Source: Candidatus Hadarchaeales archaeon (lineage in GTDB: Archaea; Hadarchaeota; Hadarchaeia; Hadarchaeales; Hadarchaeaceae). Taken from it: a DNA stretch of 32,000 nucleotides. Positions 15,099 to 23,862 of this stretch are shown here, piece by piece. Where the stretch lies: contig JAWBCC010000002.1 of the NCBI GenBank assembly GCA_038823825.1, forward strand, positions 90,001 to 122,000, in the 5' to 3' direction. Positions within the stretch are counted from its first letter, which is position 1. Each line of letters opens with the position of its first letter. Below the pieces are notes generated by a model. The model was not told the origin of the DNA, searched no databases, and saw nothing but the letters and a program-made list of their open reading frames with translations. Position numbers and translations under genes: made by a program.

Positions 15099-18000
15099 AC
15101 GCTCACCCTCACGTAGAACGTATTCGAATAGTTCCCGGGAGTCGTATCGCTTGGGATGACGAGGAACCAGTAGATGTTTCTTTGTACCCCCTCACCCCAT
15201 CCAACATTCGACCAGAGTGACTGCCAAGAGGTTGAGATACTCAGATCATAGGGCTCCTCTCCATTCTTGTCTGCCTTTGTATTGCTCAGTTGCAGGGTCC
15301 CTGGACCCGACCAATCTCCCGCGCCCTTTACGTCGATGTAGAAGTCTTTGTTTGATGTAACCGTTGCGACCGTGGGGTTCTCAGATGCTCCAACAGTCTG
15401 TCCTTGCTGGCCGCTGAATGTCAGGGAGGTGTCATCCAAGCTGAGTTCTATATAAACGCTTACCGTGAATTTGTCTGTAAATGTGTTTTCGCCTTCCAAA
15501 TTACCCGCGTCCACAGCCTTCGCCCACACGTTCCAGCTGACTGGCTCGGCAACCTTACCGAGCTTTACTCTGAATGTCCAGTTGTCTTCAGTTAAATCGT
15601 CATTCCCGGCGGAGCATCCGGCTACGATGAGGTGTGCGTTACCTGGACCCGGACCGACCTCCGTGAAACCTGTACCTCTAACCCACTTGAACGTGTAATG
15701 GTCGCGCACGCTATCGGAAGCATCCTTTGAGACGGATGAGCTGTAGAGGACAAGCCAAACTTCATTCACGTTGTTTAGCTTGTTTAAATCTCTGACAGTA
15801 ACTTTGACATCGAACGCCACGTCTGGGCTGACGTCGGTCGGTGTGAAGACGGCAAGAATTTCAGGTGCGACGTTCGGAATTGGCTGGTAAGCTATCAACC
15901 AGCTGCGGTCAAGCGAGTCCTCATACATCCGTCCGATTCCTGCATCTCTTTCCTCATGGTCTTCGTAGTAATCAATCTTACTTCCGTCTTTCAGGATGAA
16001 TCGGTACCACCAATTGTCTTCTTCCATCGGGGCCGGCAGGGTGACCTCCCACCAGTCGAAGCCATTCTCAGTGATGGCCTTCGTCATGTTGAAGATTACT
16101 TCTTGGGATGCTTTGGACTTCCAAACTCTGACCTGGGCGTTTTCGATGTCATTCTCCCAAGTTCGGATTCTAAGCCTGATCTGATCAGTTCCTGCGTTGC
16201 TTTCTCCAAAATTATCGCGTGGCGTGCCAACAGGATACTTATAGAACGAATTTCTCGAGTCGAAGAAAACGCCGTCCCACCAGATATCTCCATCGATTGA
16301 GGCCGTTGGTTTAGTTCTAAACCAGATTAGATAGTCGTTTCCTGTAGGCTCATCTGACATTGCACCCCATCCTCCCACTCTTGGCCAATCATCTTGGTAG
16401 TAGCCAATATCGTCCATATCCTGCAAGACAAATCTGAACCACCACTTGCTTTCAGAGTCAGGTCCACTGATCGTGGCTTTCCAATAATCATAGTTTTCAT
16501 CGGAGCTTTCCTTCTCCATATTCACGATTACCTCTTCACCAGTCCAAATTCTTATCTTTACATTCTCCACGTCGTTGCGGAACGTCCTTATTCTGATGGT
16601 AACAGACGACCCAAGCGGAAGCATGTTGCCTGTCACGTTCTCCGGGTAGGTGGTTATGGGTTCACCAACTGGTGAGAAATAGTATGAATCGTAGGAGTCG
16701 AAGAAGACGCCAGCCCACCAGATGTCGCCGTCGATTGTTGGCGGAATTGTATCAATTTCAAAGCTCCAGATATCGGACTCATTTTCTCCGGCTGCGTTTA
16801 TCGCTATAACCTTCCAGTAATAGACACCGTCCGGTAGTTCAGTTGTTGGCGTATAAGAGGTCGTGTTTGCAGGCAGGATGACGTCTATGGCTGGAGATCC
16901 AAAGTTCTGATCGTCGTCTACAAGCAACCTGTAGTTATCTTCGTTTTCACAATCCTGCCATGTGAATGTTGGTGTGTTGTCCGATGTCACCGATCCGTTT
17001 GCGGGTGACTGCAGAATTGGCTTTGTGGGCATGCGTGATTCAAAGGTCACAAAGTTCACTGTCGGATCTAGAGCGCCAAGGTGGTTGTACTTCCTCACGA
17101 AGAACCAATCGTAGTAATAGGATGAAGTTCCTCCACCATCCCAGACGCTGAGCTTGTACTTGTCAGCTCCTGTTGACCAATTCCCCTTTGTCCAATCTCT
17201 AACGTTTTCTATGAGCTCTCTGTACATGGAATCGTCTCTTCCACGGTAGAAGTTCACGTTCAGTTTGTCTGTACCATACATTATTATTTGTCCTATGTAA
17301 TACACATCGGCTTCCCGTGGAACATCTGCACCCCAAACTCCATCGGCAAAGAATCTTACCTTACTTCCATCCCAGAATATCATTGCAGTTTCTGAATCCC
17401 CCCATGTTCCGGTTATCCTGACTCCTCCTCTCCATGTCGATGCATTCTTTATTCTGAATTCGATTATCCTCTGCGTGTTTCTCTCCGTTGTTGGGATTCC
17501 TTGTTCGGGTCCGTGGTCAACATCTCTTCGAGCATCCCCATAATCTTCCAAACAAATCGTGGTTGCATAGACGTTAACACCCTCTGTGGAAAAGCCCCAC
17601 TTTGTCCAGTCTCCGTTGTCCCATCCCCCATCTCCCCCTCCGAAGTCTGTGAAGAATATGAACGTGTCTTCACCGCTTTCGGCACTCAAAGCCCCAGTGC
17701 ACCCATAATACATGTAGATAGCATTGTCTGCTGAGCTGAACTTTTTAACCCATGCCGTCGGAACCGCACTCATGTAGTTCGCCTCGTTCTTCTCGATCCA
17801 GAAAGGTAGGGGACCGCTCGTCTCATTCTCAAGGAATCTTATGCTTGGATACATGCTCTGCGGGATATCCGACGGAATTGGTATCCTTATCTGGAAGTTG
17901 TCCGGGAAGGGTCCGCTTATCTCAATCTTTCTTCTGTATGCGTACTGCGGTAGGAACCAGTTTGTTAAATAAGTTTCCTCAGGTCCGACACTTGTTGTTG

Positions 18001-19921
18001 GTTCTGTTGCTGCATATTTCCTTATGAAGAGCCAGTCAAACCAGTAAACCTTTTGTTGGTCCCAAACTTGAAGGTTCAGCTTGTCCACATAAGTGGTATC
18101 ACCACCTCCAGAGTAATACCAGTCTCCGGTTTTTTCAGGAGATACCCAGACCACTTCCCTGTAACTTCCGTTATCGCTTCCCCAGTAGAACGTAGTTCTT
18201 AATTTGTTTGTATCATACAGGTCAACTTTGGCTATATACCATCTTGAAGGAATTCCGGTGTATTCTGTTCCGTCAACCCAGAATCTAGGACCGTCGAATA
18301 TGCACGCTATCTCCTTCTCGAAGCCCGGCCCGGTTAGAACAAGACCCCCTCTGTAGCTTTCCTGATTCCACATCTTGAACTCAATAGTTGTAGGCATCTG
18401 TGCAAACCACATGCCTGGTTTGTTTTCTATCTTTCCTCCCCTTATCCTGATCTGGTATTCGCACCATGTTATGTCACGGGAAACGTTCGTATCTCCCTCG
18501 TTCCAGTTATAATTCCTCGGTCCGATATCTGTGAAGAATAGAAAAACGTTTTCTGCATTTTCAGCACTTGTCACCCATGGATTCCCATAGTACATCCAAA
18601 TCTCTGAGTCAGAGTTCTCAAGTCTTCTAACCCAAGCCACGTTTGTCTTTGTGCTTCCGTCGTTCTCAATCCAGTAAGGCAGAACTCCACCGTCTGCACT
18701 CTCAAGGAACCTTATGCTCGGATACATTCCCTTCGGGATGTCCGACGGGATGATGACCTTTATCTGGAAGTTCTCCTCATGGTTTCCGCTTATCGTGATT
18801 TTTCTTCTATACGGCCAGTTCTCATTCCACCAAGGCGCAACATCAAAAGATCTCACTGTCGAGTTTTCACCGTAGTTTCCATACGCATCTTGAGCTCCAA
18901 CCTTCCAGTACCATGTTCCGGTTGGGAGGGTTGGAGTCTGCCAGGAGGTTGAAGTTATCCAATCAGATGTGTACTCAACATTTGAGAAGGTTGGGTCACG
19001 CGTCAGATAAACTTTATATTTAACTGGACGGCTGTGATCGTCAACGGAGCTCCATGAAAGGGTCACAGGTGTCACATAGAACAATGCATTGTTCTCGGGG
19101 GAAACGAGCGAGGGTGCATCCGGAGGAGTAAGATCCATAACCCAATATCTCACCTTTCCAGCATCATCACCGCTCGAGATGAACTGAACTCTGATTTTTA
19201 TGTTCTCCGTCCTGTTCGCCGGGAACTCTACCTTTATGTTCTTCGGTGCTTCATCAAAGGCTCCTCTATAAGCGACTCCATAATGCGGCATCGGCTGAGG
19301 TGTTCCTTCAAATTCCCATCCCCAATGATAAACATACCAAGTGTTTCCCATCACTATCTTGAAGTTTTCAACCCTCGGTCCCGTAACTGTGTAAATCCCA
19401 CTCTCCCAGTTGTCATTCCATGGGTCTGAACCGAGGAGGGTCATATCTTCCCAGAGATCCCAGTTGTTGAATGTCCCCGGAACGTTGTAGGCGAGTCTCT
19501 TATAGACAGCACCGGCGGACCAAGGAGATCCTCCAAACCAGAATTGAAAAACGTAATCACCTGTGACTGGAACATCGCCACCTATGTTGCTTCCTGGAGT
19601 TTGGAGGGTTACACTTCGAGGATACCCATAGTTGGTGGATGCCTCTCCCCACCATTGATCCCACCAATCATCAACAAATATCTTAAATTCGATAGTGCCT
19701 GGTCCGCTTAACCCTCTCACTCTTTCCCAGACCTGACGTTCACTCCAACTATAAACGTATGACATCGGATCGGACAGATCCCAGCTGTTAAACGACCCAC
19801 GTACGTATGGCTGCGTTGGATTCGCTCCCACAGAAGAAATTAAAAGAGATACTGTAATCACTCCGGCAAGCGAAAGGAAAATAGCATATACTATCCAACG
19901 GGAAGTGTATCTTTCCTTCAC
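15095..19921 (-). CDS. Giant (1608 aa) secreted or membrane-anchored multi-domain surface protein: 2 GSFNxWD CBM-like, FN3-like, 2 DUF2341/LamG-like, FN3-like, 2 amylase-N/CBM34-like, Ig-like and C-terminal beta domains
   Basis: An uninterrupted 4.8-kb ORF with a GTG start at 19921, preceded by GGAG. An N-terminal hydrophobic segment (WIVYAIFLSLAGVITVSLLISSV). Domain calls are from motifs listed in the findings. No GH13 or other catalytic signature was seen. Confidence 0.85.
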   Translation of the reverse strand: MKERYTSRWIVYAIFLSLAGVITVSLLISSVGANPTQPYVRGSFNSWDLSDPMSYVYSWSERQVWERVRGLSGPGTIEFKIFVDDWWDQWWGEASTNYGYPRSVTLQTPGSNIGGDVPVTGDYVFQFWFGGSPWSAGAVYKRLAYNVPGTFNNWDLWEDMTLLGSDPWNDNWESGIYTVTGPRVENFKIVMGNTWYVYHWGWEFEGTPQPMPHYGVAYRGAFDEAPKNIKVEFPANRTENIKIRVQFISSGDDAGKVRYWVMDLTPPDAPSLVSPENNALFYVTPVTLSWSSVDDHSRPVKYKVYLTRDPTFSNVEYTSDWITSTSWQTPTLPTGTWYWKVGAQDAYGNYGENSTVRSFDVAPWWNENWPYRRKITISGNHEENFQIKVIIPSDIPKGMYPSIRFLESADGGVLPYWIENDGSTKTNVAWVRRLENSDSEIWMYYGNPWVTSAENAENVFLFFTDIGPRNYNWNEGDTNVSRDITWCEYQIRIRGGKIENKPGMWFAQMPTTIEFKMWNQESYRGGLVLTGPGFEKEIACIFDGPRFWVDGTEYTGIPSRWYIAKVDLYDTNKLRTTFYWGSDNGSYREVVWVSPEKTGDWYYSGGGDTTYVDKLNLQVWDQQKVYWFDWLFIRKYAATEPTTSVGPEETYLTNWFLPQYAYRRKIEISGPFPDNFQIRIPIPSDIPQSMYPSIRFLENETSGPLPFWIEKNEANYMSAVPTAWVKKFSSADNAIYMYYGCTGALSAESGEDTFIFFTDFGGGDGGWDNGDWTKWGFSTEGVNVYATTICLEDYGDARRDVDHGPEQGIPTTERNTQRIIEFRIKNASTWRGGVRITGTWGDSETAMIFWDGSKVRFFADGVWGADVPREADVYYIGQIIMYGTDKLNVNFYRGRDDSMYRELIENVRDWTKGNWSTGADKYKLSVWDGGGTSSYYYDWFFVRKYNHLGALDPTVNFVTFESRMPTKPILQSPANGSVTSDNTPTFTWQDCENEDNYRLLVDDDQNFGSPAIDVILPANTTSYTPTTELPDGVYYWKVIAINAAGENESDIWSFEIDTIPPTIDGDIWWAGVFFDSYDSYYFSPVGEPITTYPENVTGNMLPLGSSVTIRIRTFRNDVENVKIRIWTGEEVIVNMEKESSDENYDYWKATISGPDSESKWWFRFVLQDMDDIGYYQDDWPRVGGWGAMSDEPTGNDYLIWFRTKPTASIDGDIWWDGVFFDSRNSFYKYPVGTPRDNFGESNAGTDQIRLRIRTWENDIENAQVRVWKSKASQEVIFNMTKAITENGFDWWEVTLPAPMEEDNWWYRFILKDGSKIDYYEDHEERDAGIGRMYEDSLDRSWLIAYQPIPNVAPEILAVFTPTDVSPDVAFDVKVTVRDLNKLNNVNEVWLVLYSSSVSKDASDSVRDHYTFKWVRGTGFTEVGPGPGNAHLIVAGCSAGNDDLTEDNWTFRVKLGKVAEPVSWNVWAKAVDAGNLEGENTFTDKFTVSVYIELSLDDTSLTFSGQQGQTVGASENPTVATVTSNKDFYIDVKGAGDWSGPGTLQLSNTKADKNGEEPYDLSISTSWQSLWSNVGWGEGVQRNIYWFLVIPSDTTPGNYSNTFYVRVSV
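15887..16744 (-). repeat. Tandem duplication of a ~140-aa module inside the giant gene (amylase N-terminal/CBM34-like)
   Basis: Copy 1 (aa ~1060-1200): IDGDIWWAGVFFDS…TIRIRTFRNDVENVKIRIW…NMEK…YDYWKATI…WWFRFVLQD…YYQDDW. Copy 2 (aa ~1208-1345): IDGDIWWDGVFFDS…IRLRIRTWENDIENAQVRVW…NMTK…FDWWEVTL…WWYRFILKD…YYEDHE. Confidence 0.75.
17084..18826 (-). repeat. Tandem duplication of a ~280-290-aa DUF2341 plus LamG/jelly-roll-like module inside the giant gene
   Basis: Copy 1 (aa ~366-640): WPYRRKITISGNHEENFQIKVIIPSDIPKGMYPSIRFLESADGGVLPYWIEN…IWMYYGNP…NVFLFFTDIG…WFDWLFIRKY. Copy 2 (aa ~655-946): YAYRRKIEISGPFPDNFQIRIPIPSDIPQSMYPSIRFLENETSGPLPFWIEK…IYMYYGCT…DTFIFFTDFG…YYDWFFVRKY. Confidence 0.75.
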
Positions 19922-19950
19922 GGAGCTCCAAAAACCTTTAGTAACGACCC

Positions 19951-19960
19951 CTATATAAAA
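19951..19960 (-). promoter_or_regulatory. TATA box (TTTTATATAG on the minus strand) for the surface-protein operon
   Basis: It is centred about 35 nt upstream of the GTG at 19921, leaving a short leader that contains GGAG. A second TATA-like ATTTATAAA (19990-19998) lies further upstream. Confidence 0.45.
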
Positions 19961-20018
19961 TCTTCGGTAAAACCGGATATTGAGGTCGATTTATAAATCC
20001 CAAGATGTTGGTTTCTTT

Positions 20019-21587
20019 TCACAGTTCCTTAGACATGTACACGTTATCTTTTCTGAATCCCAATCTACGGTAGTACTCCCTCGTGCCAATCCCGGCCAGT
20101 ACAGCAATTTTCCGAGCACCATACTCCTCTTCCGAAATTCTTTCAGCCTCCTTCAGTAGGGTCTTCCCAAGACCTCTGTGCTGCCACTCCCCCTCTTCAG
20201 CGCTCAACCCAACAGGGACAAGCTCTCCGTACACATGGAGCTCTCTGACAATAGTTGCGTTTTTCAGTTCGGGCCTATGTGCATGCTCCGATGGAACACG
20301 GAGCCTCAGAATTGCCAGAAGAACATCCTTTTCTCTGTCCTCTATCGAGAGAAAAACCTCCTCCCCGCCCGAAGCCTCATACCTCTCGATGAAGAGCTCA
20401 AGATTCTCAGGCTCCACTCCCGCATGCCCAACCTCCCTGCACCTTATACACTTGCATTTCTTTCCCTCAACCTCAAGTCTTCGTTTAACGATCTGTCTGA
20501 GATTCCCGGCTCTAACCCCGGCTTCGATGAGATCTGCCGGAATATCCCTCTGGATTCTCTGGATGCGAACCCATGCCGGTATTTCCTGCTTGATTTTCGC
20601 GAGAAGTTCAACTGCCTCCTCCGTCGTCATAGGTTTGAATTCTCCACGCTTCCAGAGTTCGTAGAGTTTAGTCCCTCTGAGAACTAGACAGGGATAAATC
20701 TTGAGAGCGTCGGGCCTGAAATCCGGATTTCTAAAGATTTCTCTGAACATCTCCAGATCCCGATCCGGGTTGGAACCAGGGAGTCCAGGCATCATGTGGT
20801 AGACAACCGCCATTCCCGCATCTTTCGCTATCCTCGTGGCCTCGATCACGTCCTCAACGGCATGCCCGCGGTTGATGATCTCATAAACGTCTTCGTAAAT
20901 TGTCTGAACACCAAGCTCCACCCTTGTTGCTCCGAGATCAAGCATGAGATCCACATGGGGCTCTTTACACCAGTCCGGTCTCGTCTCAAACGCGATGTCG
21001 CTAATCCTGATTTTTGAGATCTCGGCAGAAAGCTTTGCCTTCTCAAGCGTTTCGCAGTTTTCCCCCGTGATCGCCCTCAGACATTCTTTGACGAACCATT
21101 CTAGATAATCTCGCGGGTATGCGGTCAGAGTACCGCCGAAGACTATCAGCTCAACCTTGTCGACTTCATGCCCGATTGCTCTAAGTTGCTCAATTCGATT
21201 TTTGACTTGAGAATAGGGATCAAAGCCGTGCTGTACAGCTCTCATTGAGGCCGGTTCCCTTCCCGTGTAGCTTTGGTTGACCCCAGCCTCTGGACCTCCA
21301 GGACAATATATGCACGGTTCGGGTTTGGGGCATGGGAGCGGCTTGGGCATGACGGTGATGACGGTTACTCCAGATGCAGATCTTACGGGTTTGAGCTTAA
21401 GAAGGCGGACAAGTCTTTCTCTTTCCTCCGGAGTGGCAACAGCTAGGATTTCCGAATTCTTTGGTATACGAGAGACCCCAAGCTCACCACAAATCTTCAA
21501 CTTGAGCTTGGCTACATCCTTTCGACTCATCCTGCCGAGCTTTGGGATTTCCTCCAAGATTCGTCTGCAGAGGTCGGCACTCATCAT
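20019..21587 (-). CDS. elp3: Elp3-type tRNA uridine(34) modification enzyme (radical SAM plus GNAT acetyltransferase)
   Basis: CIYCPGG radical SAM region, ELGVQTIYEDV, HMMPGLPG, and a C-terminal GNAT (WQHRGLGKTLLKEAERI…GTREYYRRLGF); 522 aa, typical of archaeal Elp3. Confidence 0.9.
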   Translation of the reverse strand: MMSADLCRRILEEIPKLGRMSRKDVAKLKLKICGELGVSRIPKNSEILAVATPEERERLVRLLKLKPVRSASGVTVITVMPKPLPCPKPEPCIYCPGGPEAGVNQSYTGREPASMRAVQHGFDPYSQVKNRIEQLRAIGHEVDKVELIVFGGTLTAYPRDYLEWFVKECLRAITGENCETLEKAKLSAEISKIRISDIAFETRPDWCKEPHVDLMLDLGATRVELGVQTIYEDVYEIINRGHAVEDVIEATRIAKDAGMAVVYHMMPGLPGSNPDRDLEMFREIFRNPDFRPDALKIYPCLVLRGTKLYELWKRGEFKPMTTEEAVELLAKIKQEIPAWVRIQRIQRDIPADLIEAGVRAGNLRQIVKRRLEVEGKKCKCIRCREVGHAGVEPENLELFIERYEASGGEEVFLSIEDREKDVLLAILRLRVPSEHAHRPELKNATIVRELHVYGELVPVGLSAEEGEWQHRGLGKTLLKEAERISEEEYGARKIAVLAGIGTREYYRRLGFRKDNVYMSKEL

Positions 21588-21699
21588 TCAAGAATTCTGC
21601 TTCAGGATGATATTAAACCCGAGTCCAAAACTCAGCGTGTCCTAGGGCAAACGGTCGAGAAAAAACCCTTATCCTTTCACTCCTTAAATTTTCATTAGA

Positions 21700-23862
21700 A
21701 TGGAAATCCAAGACGTCTGTAAAAAGTACAACCTTCCCGAGAAAATAGTGGAAATCCTCGGAGCAGCTGGGATAAGAAAACTCTTCCCACCACAGAAGGA
21801 GGCGATAGAAGCGGGAGTCCTTGATGGAAAAAGTCTGGTTCTCTCGGTTCCGACTGCAGCCGGGAAGACCCTCGTCGCCGAACTCTGCATGCTCAAGTCA
21901 ATCCTGAAGGAAAAGGGAAAGTGCCTCTACGTCGTTCCCCTCCGCGCACTCGCAAGCGAAAAATATGAAGAGTTTAAGCAGAGGTATGAGCAGCTCGGAA
22001 TACGCGTCGGGATAAGCACTGGAGATTTTGACACGGCTGACCCAAAGCTCGCGATGTATGACATCCTCGTCGCCACTTCAGAGAAGGTTGATTCTCTACT
22101 TAGGCACAGGGCGAAGTGGCTTGCCGACATCGTTACCGTCGTAGTTCTTGACGAGATACATCTCCTAAACGACCCGGAACGCGGCCCGACCTTGGAGATC
22201 TTGGCCACGAGACTCAGGCAGGTTAATCCTAGGCTCCAGATCCTAGCCCTCAGCGCCACGATAAGAAACTCGGACGAAATTGCCGAGTGGATTGGAGCGG
22301 AGCTCGTCTTGAGCGACTGGAGACCGGTCCCGCTTAAAAAAGGAGTTTATCTCGACGGCGAAATAATCTTCGAGGACGGAGAAAGAAGAAAGATAAAGGT
22401 TCAAGGTAGCGATTTGGAGACCCTCTCACATGATGTTCTTCAAGAAAAGGGACAGTTGCTCATCTTCGTGAACACTAGAAAATCTTCACAGACGGTCGCC
22501 GAGATTTTATCCCCAATTTCCCGTCTTTATCTCTCCCAGGAAGAAAAGCAGAAATTACGCGAGATAGCCAAGGAGATCGAAGGGGCTCTCGGGGAAACGA
22601 CGAAAACCTGCCGTCTTCTCGCTTCTTGCGTCAGGGATGGGTCCGCCTTTCATCATGCCGGTCTCCACCACCTCCAGCGCAGGGCTGTGGAGAGAGGTTT
22701 CAAATCAAATTTGATAAAAATCATTTGCGCGACACCAACTTTGGCGGCAGGAGTCAACCTCCCAGCCAGAAGGGTCATCGTCCGAGACTATCGAAGATAT
22801 GTGGAACCTTATGGTTTAGTCCCGATTCCTGTGATGGAATTCCACCAGTTCTGCGGGAGAGCCGGAAGACCACAGTACGACAAATTCGGTGAAGCCATCC
22901 TTATAACTCACTCCGAAGCTGAAGCCGAAGTCCTCTTGGAAGATTTCATAAAAGCTCCGCCGGAAAGGGTAACCTCAAAACTGGCTACAGAACCAGCCCT
23001 CCGCACTCATGTTCTAGCTTCCATCGCGGCAGGCTACGCAACGAACTGGGATTCGATGAGGGATTTTATGCGCAAAACTTTCTTCGCCTTTCAGTTTGGG
23101 GTGGAGAGAGTAGAATCCGTTGTTGAAAGAGTGTTAGACTTTCTCGAGAAAAACGAGCTGATAACGGTGAGAGGAGACGTACTCACTCCAACTCCCTTCG
23201 GAGAACTTACATCCGCTCTTTACATAGACCCGCTCTCAGCAGTCATAATCCGCGATGGTCTCAAACTTGTCTCGACAACCCCACCTTCCGATGTTGCTTT
23301 GCTTCATCTTATTTCGAGCACCCCCGACATGCCCCCTCTCTATCTCGGTGAGAAGGACTATGAGTGGCTCGAGCTGGAATACTCCTCCCACAGATCGGAA
23401 TTTCTGGTTCCGGTTGAGGAGGAAGATCCCATCCTCTTCGAGCAGTTCCTCGCCAGTCTAAAAACGGCTCTGATGCTCAAGGCTTGGGTTGAAGAAGAAA
23501 GGGAAGATGACATTCATGAAAAGTTTGGTGTTGGAGCAGGAGACATAAGGAGAATGGCGGAGACGGCCGAGTGGCTCCTTTACTCCTCCCATCAGATCGC
23601 CAAACTCTTTAAAGTGAAGCCAGCTCTAAACCCCCTTCGCAAACTCACCGAGAGAATAAGGTATGGTGTGAAAGAAGAACTCCTTGAACTCGTCCAGCTT
23701 GAGGGAATAGGAAGGGTCAGAGCGAGAAGCCTTTTCAGTGGAGGTTTCAAAACTTTGAAAGACATAGCGAAGGCTTCGGAAGCGGAATTGGCTAGTCTCC
23801 CCTACATAGGCAAGGAAATCGCAAGAAGCATAAAACGTCAGGTCGAGACACTCACTTCTTGA
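21700..23862 (+). CDS. hel308: Ski2-like DNA helicase Hel308 (Hjm)
   Basis: LFPPQKEAI, Walker A PTAAGKT, DEIH, SAT, FHHAGL, ATPTLAAGVNLPARRVI and GRAGRPQYD motifs. The C-terminal winged-helix, ratchet and HhH region (IDPLSA…GVKEELLELVQLEGIGRVRARSL) matches the Hel308 architecture. Confidence 0.92.
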   Translation: MEIQDVCKKYNLPEKIVEILGAAGIRKLFPPQKEAIEAGVLDGKSLVLSVPTAAGKTLVAELCMLKSILKEKGKCLYVVPLRALASEKYEEFKQRYEQLGIRVGISTGDFDTADPKLAMYDILVATSEKVDSLLRHRAKWLADIVTVVVLDEIHLLNDPERGPTLEILATRLRQVNPRLQILALSATIRNSDEIAEWIGAELVLSDWRPVPLKKGVYLDGEIIFEDGERRKIKVQGSDLETLSHDVLQEKGQLLIFVNTRKSSQTVAEILSPISRLYLSQEEKQKLREIAKEIEGALGETTKTCRLLASCVRDGSAFHHAGLHHLQRRAVERGFKSNLIKIICATPTLAAGVNLPARRVIVRDYRRYVEPYGLVPIPVMEFHQFCGRAGRPQYDKFGEAILITHSEAEAEVLLEDFIKAPPERVTSKLATEPALRTHVLASIAAGYATNWDSMRDFMRKTFFAFQFGVERVESVVERVLDFLEKNELITVRGDVLTPTPFGELTSALYIDPLSAVIIRDGLKLVSTTPPSDVALLHLISSTPDMPPLYLGEKDYEWLELEYSSHRSEFLVPVEEEDPILFEQFLASLKTALMLKAWVEEEREDDIHEKFGVGAGDIRRMAETAEWLLYSSHQIAKLFKVKPALNPLRKLTERIRYGVKEELLELVQLEGIGRVRARSLFSGGFKTLKDIAKASEAELASLPYIGKEIARSIKRQVETLTS

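Noticed and set aside
15095-19921. Glycoside hydrolase (GH13 amylase/pullulanase) call for the giant protein
   Set aside because: The CBM-like modules suggested it. However, I could not find the catalytic signatures (DxxxNH, GFRxDxxxH, ExxxE/EVW, FxxNHD types) or a (beta/alpha)8-sized segment, so no enzymatic call was made.
21588-21699. Possible C/D-box sRNA or small ORF in the elp3-hel308 divergent spacer
   Set aside because: It has only partial box-like strings (GGATGATA, CTGA on the minus strand) with wrong spacing and no terminal stem. The small ORF (MILNPSPKLSVS) is the tail of a spurious antisense ORF. It is treated as a plain divergent promoter region.
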